Assembly: GCA_964609455.1 (NCBI GenBank)
Contig: CAZSRD010000009.1
Location: 1 to 32,000, forward strand
DNA from: an uncultured Methanosarcinales archaeon
GTDB lineage: Archaea; Nanobdellota; Nanobdellia; Woesearchaeales; JACPBV01
Direction of reading: 5' to 3'
DNA length: 32,000 nt
Of the stretch, positions 23,992 to 31,272 are shown piece by piece. Every line of letters begins with the position of its first letter. Positions within the stretch are counted from its first letter, which is position 1. Under the pieces are notes generated by a model. The model ran no database searches. It worked only from the letters and a program-made list of their open reading frames with translations, and was not told the origin of the DNA. The position numbers and the translations under genes are program-made.

Positions 23992-25146
23992 ATGAATTTT
24001 GACTTTACACCAGAACAATTGGCAATAAAGAAGATGATTACACAGTTTGTAGACTCTGAAATAAAGCCATATGCTGCAGATGCTGATCAAAAAGAGATTT
24101 TTCCAGCTGAGCAGATCAAGAAGTTAGCTAGATTGGGGGTTATGGGTATGTCTATACCTAAGAAATATGGTGGAGCAGAGTTAGATAATATTTCTCAGGC
24201 AATAATCATGGAGGAAGTAAGCAGAGGATGCAATGCAACTGCTGTCACAATGGGAGCTCATGCTTCTCTTACATGCCACCCCATTGTTAATTTTGGTACA
24301 GAAGACCAGAAGAAGAGATTCTTGCCAAAATTAGCTTCTGGAGAGTATTTGGGGGCATTTGCACTTACTGAGCCAAATGCAGGCAGCGATGCTGTTAATG
24401 TGCAAACAACTGCTATTAGGGATGGTGACAAGTATATAGTTAATGGCAATAAGATATTCATAACAAATGGTGGAAAGGCTGATTTGATATGCATTGTTAC
24501 AACAACTGATAAAAGCAAGAAGCATAATGGATTAAGCATTTTTGCTTTTGAGCCTAAGAAAACAGAGGGATTTAGTTTAGGAAAAAAAGAGGATAAATTA
24601 GGGTTAAGGGGCTCAAATACACAAGAATTAGTCTTCAGGGACATGAGGCTTCCTAAGGATAATTTAATTGGCGGAGTTGAAGGAGAAGGTTTTAAGATTG
24701 CAATGAGTGTTTTCAATTCTGGAAGAATTGGCATAGGGATGCAAGGTGTGGGAATTGCGCAGGCTGCTTTTGATGAATGTTTGAAATATGTACAAGAAAG
24801 AGAACAGTTTGGAAGAAAGCTGCATAAGTTTCAGGCTTTACAATTTATGCTTGCTGATATGGCAACTAAGATAGAGGCCGCTAGGCTGTTGTGTTACAAG
24901 GCTGCTGATATTAAGGATAAAGGAAAGAGATATGTAAAAGCAGCTGCTATGGCCAAGTTATATGGTTCGGATGTGGCTATGGAAGTTACTAGAGCCGCTA
25001 TACAGATCCATGGTGGTTATGGCTATATGAAAGATTATCCTTTAGAAAGATTTTACAGGGATGCTAAGATTACAGAGATTTATGAAGGAACTTCTGAAAT
25101 TCAAAGATTGGTTATTGCAGCTGAATTATTAGGGAGAGGTTTCTAA
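23992..25146 (+). CDS. Short/medium-chain acyl-CoA dehydrogenase (butyryl-CoA dehydrogenase-like)
   Basis: The 384-aa protein has [12 protein letters not shown], a C-terminal [13 protein letters not shown] (the catalytic Glu position of Bcd/SCAD/MCAD), and IHGGYGY. Confidence 0.9.
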   Translation: MNFDFTPEQLAIKKMITQFVDSEIKPYAADADQKEIFPAEQIKKLARLGVMGMSIPKKYGGAELDNISQAIIMEEVSRGCNATAVTMGAHASLTCHPIVNFGTEDQKKRFLPKLASGEYLGAFALTEPNAGSDAVNVQTTAIRDGDKYIVNGNKIFITNGGKADLICIVTTTDKSKKHNGLSIFAFEPKKTEGFSLGKKEDKLGLRGSNTQELVFRDMRLPKDNLIGGVEGEGFKIAMSVFNSGRIGIGMQGVGIAQAAFDECLKYVQEREQFGRKLHKFQALQFMLADMATKIEAARLLCYKAADIKDKGKRYVKAAAMAKLYGSDVAMEVTRAAIQIHGGYGYMKDYPLERFYRDAKITEIYEGTSEIQRLVIAAELLGRGF

Positions 25147-25147
25147 G

Positions 25148-25942
25148 ATGAACATTATTGTATGCATAAAGCAAGTACCTGATACAAATGAAGTTAAGAT
25201 AGACCAAAAAACAGGAACGTTGATTAGGGAAGGGGTTCCAACTATTATGAATCCTGATGATAAGCATGCTTTAATAGAAGCTATTAAGATAAAGAATAAA
25301 CATAAAGGGAAAGTCACTGTTATATCAATGGGGCCACCACAGGCTGAAGAAGCTTTGCGTGAATCGCTTGCTTTTGGAGCTGATGAAGCAATTTTACTTT
25401 GTGATAGGGCTTTTGCTGGTTCGGATACATGGGCAACTGCAAATGCAATAGGTGCTGCGATAAAACATATTGGCAATTATGACTTATTGTTGTTTGGAAG
25501 GCAGGCAATAGACGGGGATACTGCCCAAGTTGGACCTCAAGTTGCAGAATTTTTAAGCCTTCCACAAATTACCTATGCTCAGAAAATTGAGTTAGGTGAA
25601 GGAAAGGTTAAGGTAGAGAGGCAGATGGAAGAAGGCTACGAAGTTATAGAGGCTGCTCTCCCTTGTTTAATCACATGTGTTTCTGAGATTAATGAAATAG
25701 GATATCCTAGCCTACATGGCATAAAAGAAGCTTATAGAGAGAAAGAAGTTAGGGTATTGAGCGCAGAAGAAATTGAGGTAGACAAATATAAGATAGGATT
25801 ATTGAGTTCTCCTACATCTGTCAAGAAGTCATTTACTCCTCCAGCAAAGGGGCAGGGGCAGATTTTAAAAGGTTCTACCAAAGAAGTTGTCGAGAAGCTT
25901 GTTTCAATATTAAAAGAAAAGGAGATAATAGGTGCTTTTTAA
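25148..25942 (+). CDS. etfB: Electron transfer flavoprotein beta subunit
   Basis: It begins MNIIVCIKQVPDT and is 264 aa. It starts 2 nt after the ACAD stop. Confidence 0.9.
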   Translation: MNIIVCIKQVPDTNEVKIDQKTGTLIREGVPTIMNPDDKHALIEAIKIKNKHKGKVTVISMGPPQAEEALRESLAFGADEAILLCDRAFAGSDTWATANAIGAAIKHIGNYDLLLFGRQAIDGDTAQVGPQVAEFLSLPQITYAQKIELGEGKVKVERQMEEGYEVIEAALPCLITCVSEINEIGYPSLHGIKEAYREKEVRVLSAEEIEVDKYKIGLLSSPTSVKKSFTPPAKGQGQILKGSTKEVVEKLVSILKEKEIIGAF

Positions 25943-27105
25943 TGGTGAAAGTAAAAGTAGCTATGCAATGCCCGGAAACACAGCTTAATCTAGGCGGGAT
26001 TGTATTAATCAGGGGAAATGATTTTGAAGATGTACCGAATATGCCTGAAGTTCAGCAGGCTATAGATAATGGTTATCTAGAAGTTTTGAAAGAAGAAAAG
26101 AATCTTGAAAAAAAGGAAAAGAAAGAGGGCGAGGAAGTTTTGGTTTTTGCAGAGCAAAGGCATAATAAAATATCAAGGGTAGTTTTTGAATTATTAGGCA
26201 AGGCAAGGGAGTTAGCAGATAAATTAAATGTCAAAACAGCAGCTATTTTATTGACGGATAAGGATTCTGGTTTATCCCAGGATCTGATAAACTATGGAGC
26301 TGATAAGGTTTATTTGGCAGAGTCACCCATATTAAAAAATTATCAAACTGATTTTTATACTAAGGTTGTATCTGAACATATCCGGAAAACAAAACCCCAG
26401 GTTGCCATATATGGGGCAACACATATTGGAAGAGATTTAGCACCAAGAATTGCCCAGAGGATTAATACTGGTTTAACTGCTGATTGTACTGGTTTAGATA
26501 TTACAGAAGACGGATTATTATTACAGACAAGGCCTGCTTTTGGAGGCAATTTAATGGCTCAGATAATATGCAAGAAGCATAGGCCGCAGATGTCAACTGC
26601 AAGACCTGGCGTCTTTAAGATGAGAGAGAAGGATGGAAGCAGGAAAGGAGAGATAGTTAAAATTGCTGCAAATGTCTCTGAGAAAGACAGCAAACTAAAG
26701 GTTTTGGAGATAATAAAAGAAGCTAAGAAAAAAGTTAATCTAGAGGAAGCAAAGATAATTGTTTCAGGCGGAAGAGGATTAGGAGAGAAAAAGAACTTTA
26801 GCTTAGTTGAAGATCTTGCACGATTGTTAAAAGCAGAGGTTGGTGCTTCAAGGGCGGCTGTCGATTCTGGATGGATAGCTAAAGACCACCAGGTTGGACA
26901 GACAGGAAAAACAGTGAGGCCTAAGCTTTATATTGCAATAGGAATTTCTGGAGCTATACAGCATAAGGCTGGAATGCAGAATTCTGATATGGTTATAGCA
27001 ATAAACAAGGATTCCAGCGCGCCTATATTTGAAGTAGCTGATTATGGGATTGTAGGTGATTTGTTTAAGGTTGTTCCTGAGCTTATTAACGAGCTGAAAA
27101 AATAA
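25942..27105 (+). CDS. etfA: Electron transfer flavoprotein alpha subunit with an extra N-terminal segment of about 65 aa
   Basis: The ETF-alpha core runs from VLVFAEQRHNKI to the FAD signature PKLYIAIGISGAIQHKAGM...VIAINKD. The start ATG overlaps the etfB stop (TAATG), which supports the long N-terminus. Confidence 0.9.
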   Translation: MVKVKVAMQCPETQLNLGGIVLIRGNDFEDVPNMPEVQQAIDNGYLEVLKEEKNLEKKEKKEGEEVLVFAEQRHNKISRVVFELLGKARELADKLNVKTAAILLTDKDSGLSQDLINYGADKVYLAESPILKNYQTDFYTKVVSEHIRKTKPQVAIYGATHIGRDLAPRIAQRINTGLTADCTGLDITEDGLLLQTRPAFGGNLMAQIICKKHRPQMSTARPGVFKMREKDGSRKGEIVKIAANVSEKDSKLKVLEIIKEAKKKVNLEEAKIIVSGGRGLGEKKNFSLVEDLARLLKAEVGASRAAVDSGWIAKDHQVGQTGKTVRPKLYIAIGISGAIQHKAGMQNSDMVIAINKDSSAPIFEVADYGIVGDLFKVVPELINELKK

Positions 27106-27118
27106 TAAGGTTTATAAT
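27105..27118 (+). promoter_or_regulatory. plsC promoter: ATAAGG element plus TATA TTTATAAT
   Basis: ATAAGGTTTATAAT has its TATA centre about 27 nt upstream of ATG 27142. Confidence 0.5.
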
Positions 27119-27141
27119 AAACTAGCTATTTTTCTAGTGTT

Positions 27142-27792
27142 ATGGTCTACCCAATAGGCAGGCTGGTTATACCTGCTATAATGAAAATATGGCTGAAGAA
27201 AGTAGAAGGAACAGATAATATCCCAAAAAATAAAGCATTTATTGTTTGCCCTAATCATTCTAGTTTTTATGATGATCTTTTGATCCCTTCAATCATTGTT
27301 CCTAGAGTAAACAGGGTATTACATATGTATGTTAACAGGAAGTTTTTCAGGCCTTTTTTATTGAGGCGGTTTTTATATTGGGGCGGCTCAATTCCTGTAG
27401 AGGTTTATGACCACCCTAAAAAGAAGGATGTAAACAAGAATGCTTTTAAGAAAGCTGTGTACTATTTAAAGAAAGGAGATTCTGTTGGTGTGTATCCTGA
27501 AGGACATAGAACTCTTGATGGCGAATTGCAAAGAGCAAAGGTTGGAGCAGCCAGATTAGCTTTAACAGCCAAAGTTCCAGTTTTACCTGTAGGAATAATT
27601 GGCTCAAGGGACGTATTGCCCAAAGGGCAATCATTACCCAGGATAAGGAAGATTGTTAGAGTTATTATTGGGAAGCCATTATATTTTGATAAGTATTATG
27701 GGAAACAGGGTGATAGGAAAGTATTAAATAATGTAACTAGAAAAATAATGAGGGAGATTGGAAAATTAATCGGAAAGAGGTACAAGTACTAA
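27142..27792 (+). CDS. plsC: Glycerolipid acyltransferase, PlsC/LPLAT family, paralog 1
   Basis: Motifs are NHSSFYD (HX4D), YPEGHRT, and an N-terminal hydrophobic segment. Confidence 0.8.
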   Translation: MVYPIGRLVIPAIMKIWLKKVEGTDNIPKNKAFIVCPNHSSFYDDLLIPSIIVPRVNRVLHMYVNRKFFRPFLLRRFLYWGGSIPVEVYDHPKKKDVNKNAFKKAVYYLKKGDSVGVYPEGHRTLDGELQRAKVGAARLALTAKVPVLPVGIIGSRDVLPKGQSLPRIRKIVRVIIGKPLYFDKYYGKQGDRKVLNNVTRKIMREIGKLIGKRYKY

Positions 27793-27793
27793 A

Positions 27794-28426
27794 ATGGTGC
27801 ATGCTATTGAGAAGTTGACAATTATACCCATTATAAAGTTGTGGGTAAAGAAAATAAACGGATTAGAGGATATACCTAAGGACAGAAACTTTATACTATC
27901 TGCAAACCACTCAAGTTATATGGACCACCTTATCCTTTCTTCGATAATAATAACCAAACTAAACAAAAGAGTTTATTACCTTGCGAAGAAAGAACATTTT
28001 GAAACTCCTTTTCAGAAGAGGTGGCACGAACATGTTGGTGCTATACCTATTGACAGGCAGGCAGGCGGAAAAGAAGCATTGAAAACAGCAATAAAATATC
28101 TAAAAAGTAATAAGATAATAGGGGTTTATCCAGAGGGGACAAGAACACTAACAGGAAATCTCCAAAGAGGAAAGACAGGCGCAGCGAGATTAGCTTTAGC
28201 AGCCAAGGTTCCTGTACTGCCTGTAGGCTTAATTGGAACTTTTGAGGTGCTGCCTAAAGGAAAGAATATTCCTAGATTTAAGAGGGTTGTTGTTAATATT
28301 GGGAAGCTGATGTATTTTGATAAGTATTATGGGATGGAAAATGATAAAAAGACATTGAGATTAGTTACCACTAAGGTAATGAAAGAGATTGCTAAATTAA
28401 CAGGCAAGGAGTATAATTTTGATTAA
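27794..28426 (+). CDS. plsC: Glycerolipid acyltransferase, PlsC/LPLAT family, paralog 2
   Basis: Motifs are NHSSYMD and YPEGTRT. It is collinear with paralog 1 (GAARLAL.AKVPVLPVG.IG, YFDKYYG). It starts 1 nt after the paralog 1 stop. Confidence 0.8.
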   Translation: MVHAIEKLTIIPIIKLWVKKINGLEDIPKDRNFILSANHSSYMDHLILSSIIITKLNKRVYYLAKKEHFETPFQKRWHEHVGAIPIDRQAGGKEALKTAIKYLKSNKIIGVYPEGTRTLTGNLQRGKTGAARLALAAKVPVLPVGLIGTFEVLPKGKNIPRFKRVVVNIGKLMYFDKYYGMENDKKTLRLVTTKVMKEIAKLTGKEYNFD

Positions 28427-29402
28427 GATGAAAATCGCTGTAATAGGTGCAGGCGGATGGGGAACAACTTTGGCTAATTTACTAGCTTGTAAGGGGTATA
28501 AGGTTAAGTTGTGGGCTTTTGAAAAAGAGGTAGTTGATGACATTAACAATAAAAAAGAAAATACAAGATTTCTAAGGGGCGTTAATTTGTCTGAAAATCT
28601 AGAATCAACTAATAATCTGAAAGGAGCTATTGTTGGGGCAGAAATTATAATCACTGCAATACCTTCTTCATTTCTAAGGGATATGGCAAAGAAGATTTCA
28701 GAATTTATAGATAAAGATACAATTGTTATTTCTGTGACAAAAGGATTAGAGGATATAACATTTAAAAGAATGTCTGAAATCTTAGAGGAAGAATTGAAAG
28801 TTAAGGTTGTTGCTTTGTCAGGACCAAATCATGCTGAAGAGGTTAGCAGAAAGATTCCTACAGCCACTGTGATAGCATCTAAACATTTAGATGTACTGCC
28901 AAAGGTTAAAGATGTTTTGGAAACAGAGTATTTTAAGGTTTATCCTCATGATGATATTATAGGGGTAGAAGTTTGCGGAGCAATAAAGAACATAACTGCT
29001 ATTGCAGTAGGTGTTTGTGATGGTTTGAAGCTAGGGGATAATGCAAAGGCTTCTATTATAACATTTGGGTTGATGGAGATGAGCAGAGTAGGCAGATTTT
29101 TTGGTGCAAAAAGATCCACTTTTTATGGTTTAGCAGGGGTTGGCGATTTAGTAGCTACATGCACATCTAAACATTCCAGAAACAGGTTTGTTGGAGAGAG
29201 AATTGCAGAAGGAAAGAGTTTTGATGATATAAAAAAAGAGATGCATGGCATGGTAGCTGAGGGCATAAAAACGACAAAAGCAGTTTATGATTTGGCCAAG
29301 GAAAAGAACATAGATTTACCTCTTACAAAACAAGTGTATAAGGTCTTGTATGAAAAGAAAGAATTAAAAAAAGCAATAAAAGATTTGATAACCTTAATAT
29401 GA
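28419..29402 (+). CDS. gpsA: NAD(P)H-dependent sn-glycerol-3-phosphate dehydrogenase
   Basis: MKIAVIGAGGWGTTLA is a Rossmann motif. The GpsA family core includes SGPNHAEEV and GAIKN. The likely start is ATG 28428, just after the plsC stop. The track start, TTG 28419, overlaps the plsC stop. Confidence 0.85.
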   Translation: MIKMKIAVIGAGGWGTTLANLLACKGYKVKLWAFEKEVVDDINNKKENTRFLRGVNLSENLESTNNLKGAIVGAEIIITAIPSSFLRDMAKKISEFIDKDTIVISVTKGLEDITFKRMSEILEEELKVKVVALSGPNHAEEVSRKIPTATVIASKHLDVLPKVKDVLETEYFKVYPHDDIIGVEVCGAIKNITAIAVGVCDGLKLGDNAKASIITFGLMEMSRVGRFFGAKRSTFYGLAGVGDLVATCTSKHSRNRFVGERIAEGKSFDDIKKEMHGMVAEGIKTTKAVYDLAKEKNIDLPLTKQVYKVLYEKKELKKAIKDLITLI

Positions 29403-30008
29403 TTATTCCTCTGTGAAGTCATCTACTGTTTCTTTAAAGTCACTGTCGTTTTTGATTATTCCTCTTAACTTTAAGTATTCTCTTGCAAGAATATAAAAGA
29501 ACAATCCTAGACTTTTCTTTCCTTTATTATTACAAGGGACGACCAGATCTAGGTTATTTGATTGATTGTTTGTATCACATAATGCAATTACAGGTATACC
29601 AATCTTGTTAGCATCTAAGATAGCGTTTCTATCTGGCCAAGAGTCTGTTGATAGGATAACTTTTGATTCATAATATATTTCCAAAGCAGGGTTAGTTAAC
29701 ATGCCTGGAGGGTATCTTCCAGCTACAAATTTGATACCAGTTACTCTTCCAAATGTCTTTACTGCTTTCCATCCATTCTCCCTTCTACTTACGATTAAAA
29801 TGTCTTCTGGATCATATTGAGCTATAAAATTAGCTGCTGTTTTTATTCTCTCATCTATTTTTTGTAGATTCAATATACTTAATCCATCTGTCCTTGTTTT
29901 GTAGATAAATTGTTCCATATACTTTGTTTTGAATTTCGTTCCTATATGGATGCCTGATTTTAGGTATTGATCTTGCGAAACTAAAAATTTCGGATTTTCT
30001 TCTGCCAT
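29403..30008 (-). CDS. rps2: Ribosomal protein uS2 (archaeal/eukaryotic SA type)
   Basis: LKSGIHIGTKFKTKYMEQFIYKTRTDGLSILNLQKIDERI and IPVIALCDTN are present. GGAG lies 9 nt before the ATG. Its stop codon directly abuts the convergent gpsA stop (29402/29403). Confidence 0.9.
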   Translation of the reverse strand: MAEENPKFLVSQDQYLKSGIHIGTKFKTKYMEQFIYKTRTDGLSILNLQKIDERIKTAANFIAQYDPEDILIVSRRENGWKAVKTFGRVTGIKFVAGRYPPGMLTNPALEIYYESKVILSTDSWPDRNAILDANKIGIPVIALCDTNNQSNNLDLVVPCNNKGKKSLGLFFYILAREYLKLRGIIKNDSDFKETVDDFTEE

Positions 30009-30025
30009 TTTATTTTCTCCATTAC

Positions 30026-30046
30026 GAAAAATTCTTCGAATTTTTC
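30026..30046 (-). promoter_or_regulatory. Perfect 9-bp inverted repeat in the predicted rps2 5' leader
   Basis: gaaaaattc-ttc-gaatttttc lies between the TATA-like tttataaa (30070-30077) and the SD/ATG (30008). Confidence 0.35.
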
Positions 30047-30182
30047 TAATTTAGTAAATTATTTCATAATTTATAAATTAACCAAACCGTGCTTTTTTAT
30101 AACCTCAACACATATTCGTTTTAACCATAGTTAGTTAAAACCTTTGGTAATAGACTATAGGGGTAGGGTTTTATTTAAAAAG

Positions 30183-30710
30183 TTAACTAAAAACTTCTAC
30201 ATCTTCATAAACTGGCCCTTTCGGTGTTAATGTACTTTTGATAAGCTTGAATTGTTTGATTTCTATTGTTTTTGGTTCAACCTTGATTTCTTTTAAGTTT
30301 TTAATGAATTTCTCTTTATCTTTGATGAACTTTACCCTTGCTAATGTTATATGTGGGTGGAATTGAAAGTCTTTTTTGAAATTGAACTCTTTTAGGGCAT
30401 TTTCAACATTATCCTGTAGAGCTTTGACTTCTTTGTCTGGTTTTACGCCTATCCATATAACCCTTACATAGTTTTCATTTGGAAAAACGCCTATTTTATC
30501 TACTGATAGGTTAAATGCGTTGAATTTTACTTTTTTAAGGATATCTTTTATTTGGCTGGCGTTATCCTCAGAAACTTCCCCTAGAAACTTTAATGTTAAG
30601 TGGAATTTGGTAACTTCCTTTAAGTTACCTGTTGATTTGCCTATTTTGCTTTGAATTGCAACCAAGTTATCTTTTAGTTCGTTAAAATCTATAGCTAGGA
30701 ATAATCTCAT
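30183..30710 (-). CDS. thpR: 2H-phosphoesterase: RNA 2',3'-cyclic phosphodiesterase / 2'-5' RNA ligase (ThpR/LigT)
   Basis: There are two HxTx motifs, FHLTLKFLG and HPHITLARV, in a 175-aa protein. Confidence 0.85.
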   Translation of the reverse strand: MRLFLAIDFNELKDNLVAIQSKIGKSTGNLKEVTKFHLTLKFLGEVSEDNASQIKDILKKVKFNAFNLSVDKIGVFPNENYVRVIWIGVKPDKEVKALQDNVENALKEFNFKKDFQFHPHITLARVKFIKDKEKFIKNLKEIKVEPKTIEIKQFKLIKSTLTPKGPVYEDVEVFS

Positions 30711-30733
30711 ATTTTTTGGGTATAGGAAAACCT

Positions 30734-30741
30734 ATATAAAA
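30734..30741 (-). promoter_or_regulatory. TATA box (TTTATATA on the minus strand) for thpR, leaderless spacing
   Basis: tatataaa at 30734-30741 lies about 24-31 nt upstream of ATG 30710. Confidence 0.5.
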
Positions 30742-30831
30742 TCTCTGATTTTATAATACTCGAGTAGAGCTCGAGATATATAAATATTATGAAAAAATAA
30801 ATAAAAAAATATTAATTAAGAATAATCTTTT

Positions 30832-31152
30832 TTATTCTTTGTCTTCTTCACCAAAATCTTCTGAATCCTCTACTGGAGCTTCAGCTTCTTCTGGAGCAGC
30901 TTCATCTTTAGGAGTTTCTTCTGCTGGAGCACTACCTTCTCCAACTATTTCAGCAAAGCCAACTCTTCTTAAGACTTTTGTTACTTTTATCTTAACTACG
31001 TCGCCTTCTTTTGCGTTTGGTATGAAGAGGACAAAGCCGTCTTTCTTTGCTATACCGTCTCCTTTTTCTCCTACTGCCTCTATTTTTACTTCTATTTCAT
31101 CCCCAACCTTAACTGGGGCCATAAACCCTCTATTTCCAAAATCTCTTTCCAT
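30832..31152 (-). CDS. TRAM-domain RNA-binding protein with a C-terminal acidic tail of about 40 aa
   Basis: APVKVGDEIEVKIEAVGEKGDGIAKKDGFVLFIPNAKEGDVVKIKVTKVLRRVGFAEIV is a TRAM consensus. The tail is APAEETPKDEAAPEEAEAPVEDSEDFGEEDKE. T-runs downstream on the minus strand (30780-30831) fit archaeal termination. Confidence 0.8.
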   Translation of the reverse strand: MERDFGNRGFMAPVKVGDEIEVKIEAVGEKGDGIAKKDGFVLFIPNAKEGDVVKIKVTKVLRRVGFAEIVGEGSAPAEETPKDEAAPEEAEAPVEDSEDFGEEDKE

Positions 31153-31272
31153 ATTTTACTTCACCTATCTATCTAATTACGTGTTCTCACACAATCTTAC
31201 ACCCATGTGTAATAAGCTTTACGAATGAGCAAGGGTATTTAAAGCTAATGTTTTTAAGAAAAAAAGAAAAAA

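Noticed and set aside
13293-29402. The lipid block as a mobile or genomic island with recognisable boundaries.
   Set aside because: I found no integrase, transposase, flanking tRNA or direct repeats at the edges. Composition, TATA spacing and gene overlap style look the same as in the flanks. Ancient HGT is still possible but cannot be shown from this window.
30839-31228. A plus-strand 129-aa Ser-rich ORF.
   Set aside because: It is antisense to the TRAM-domain gene, whose frame matches a strong family consensus.
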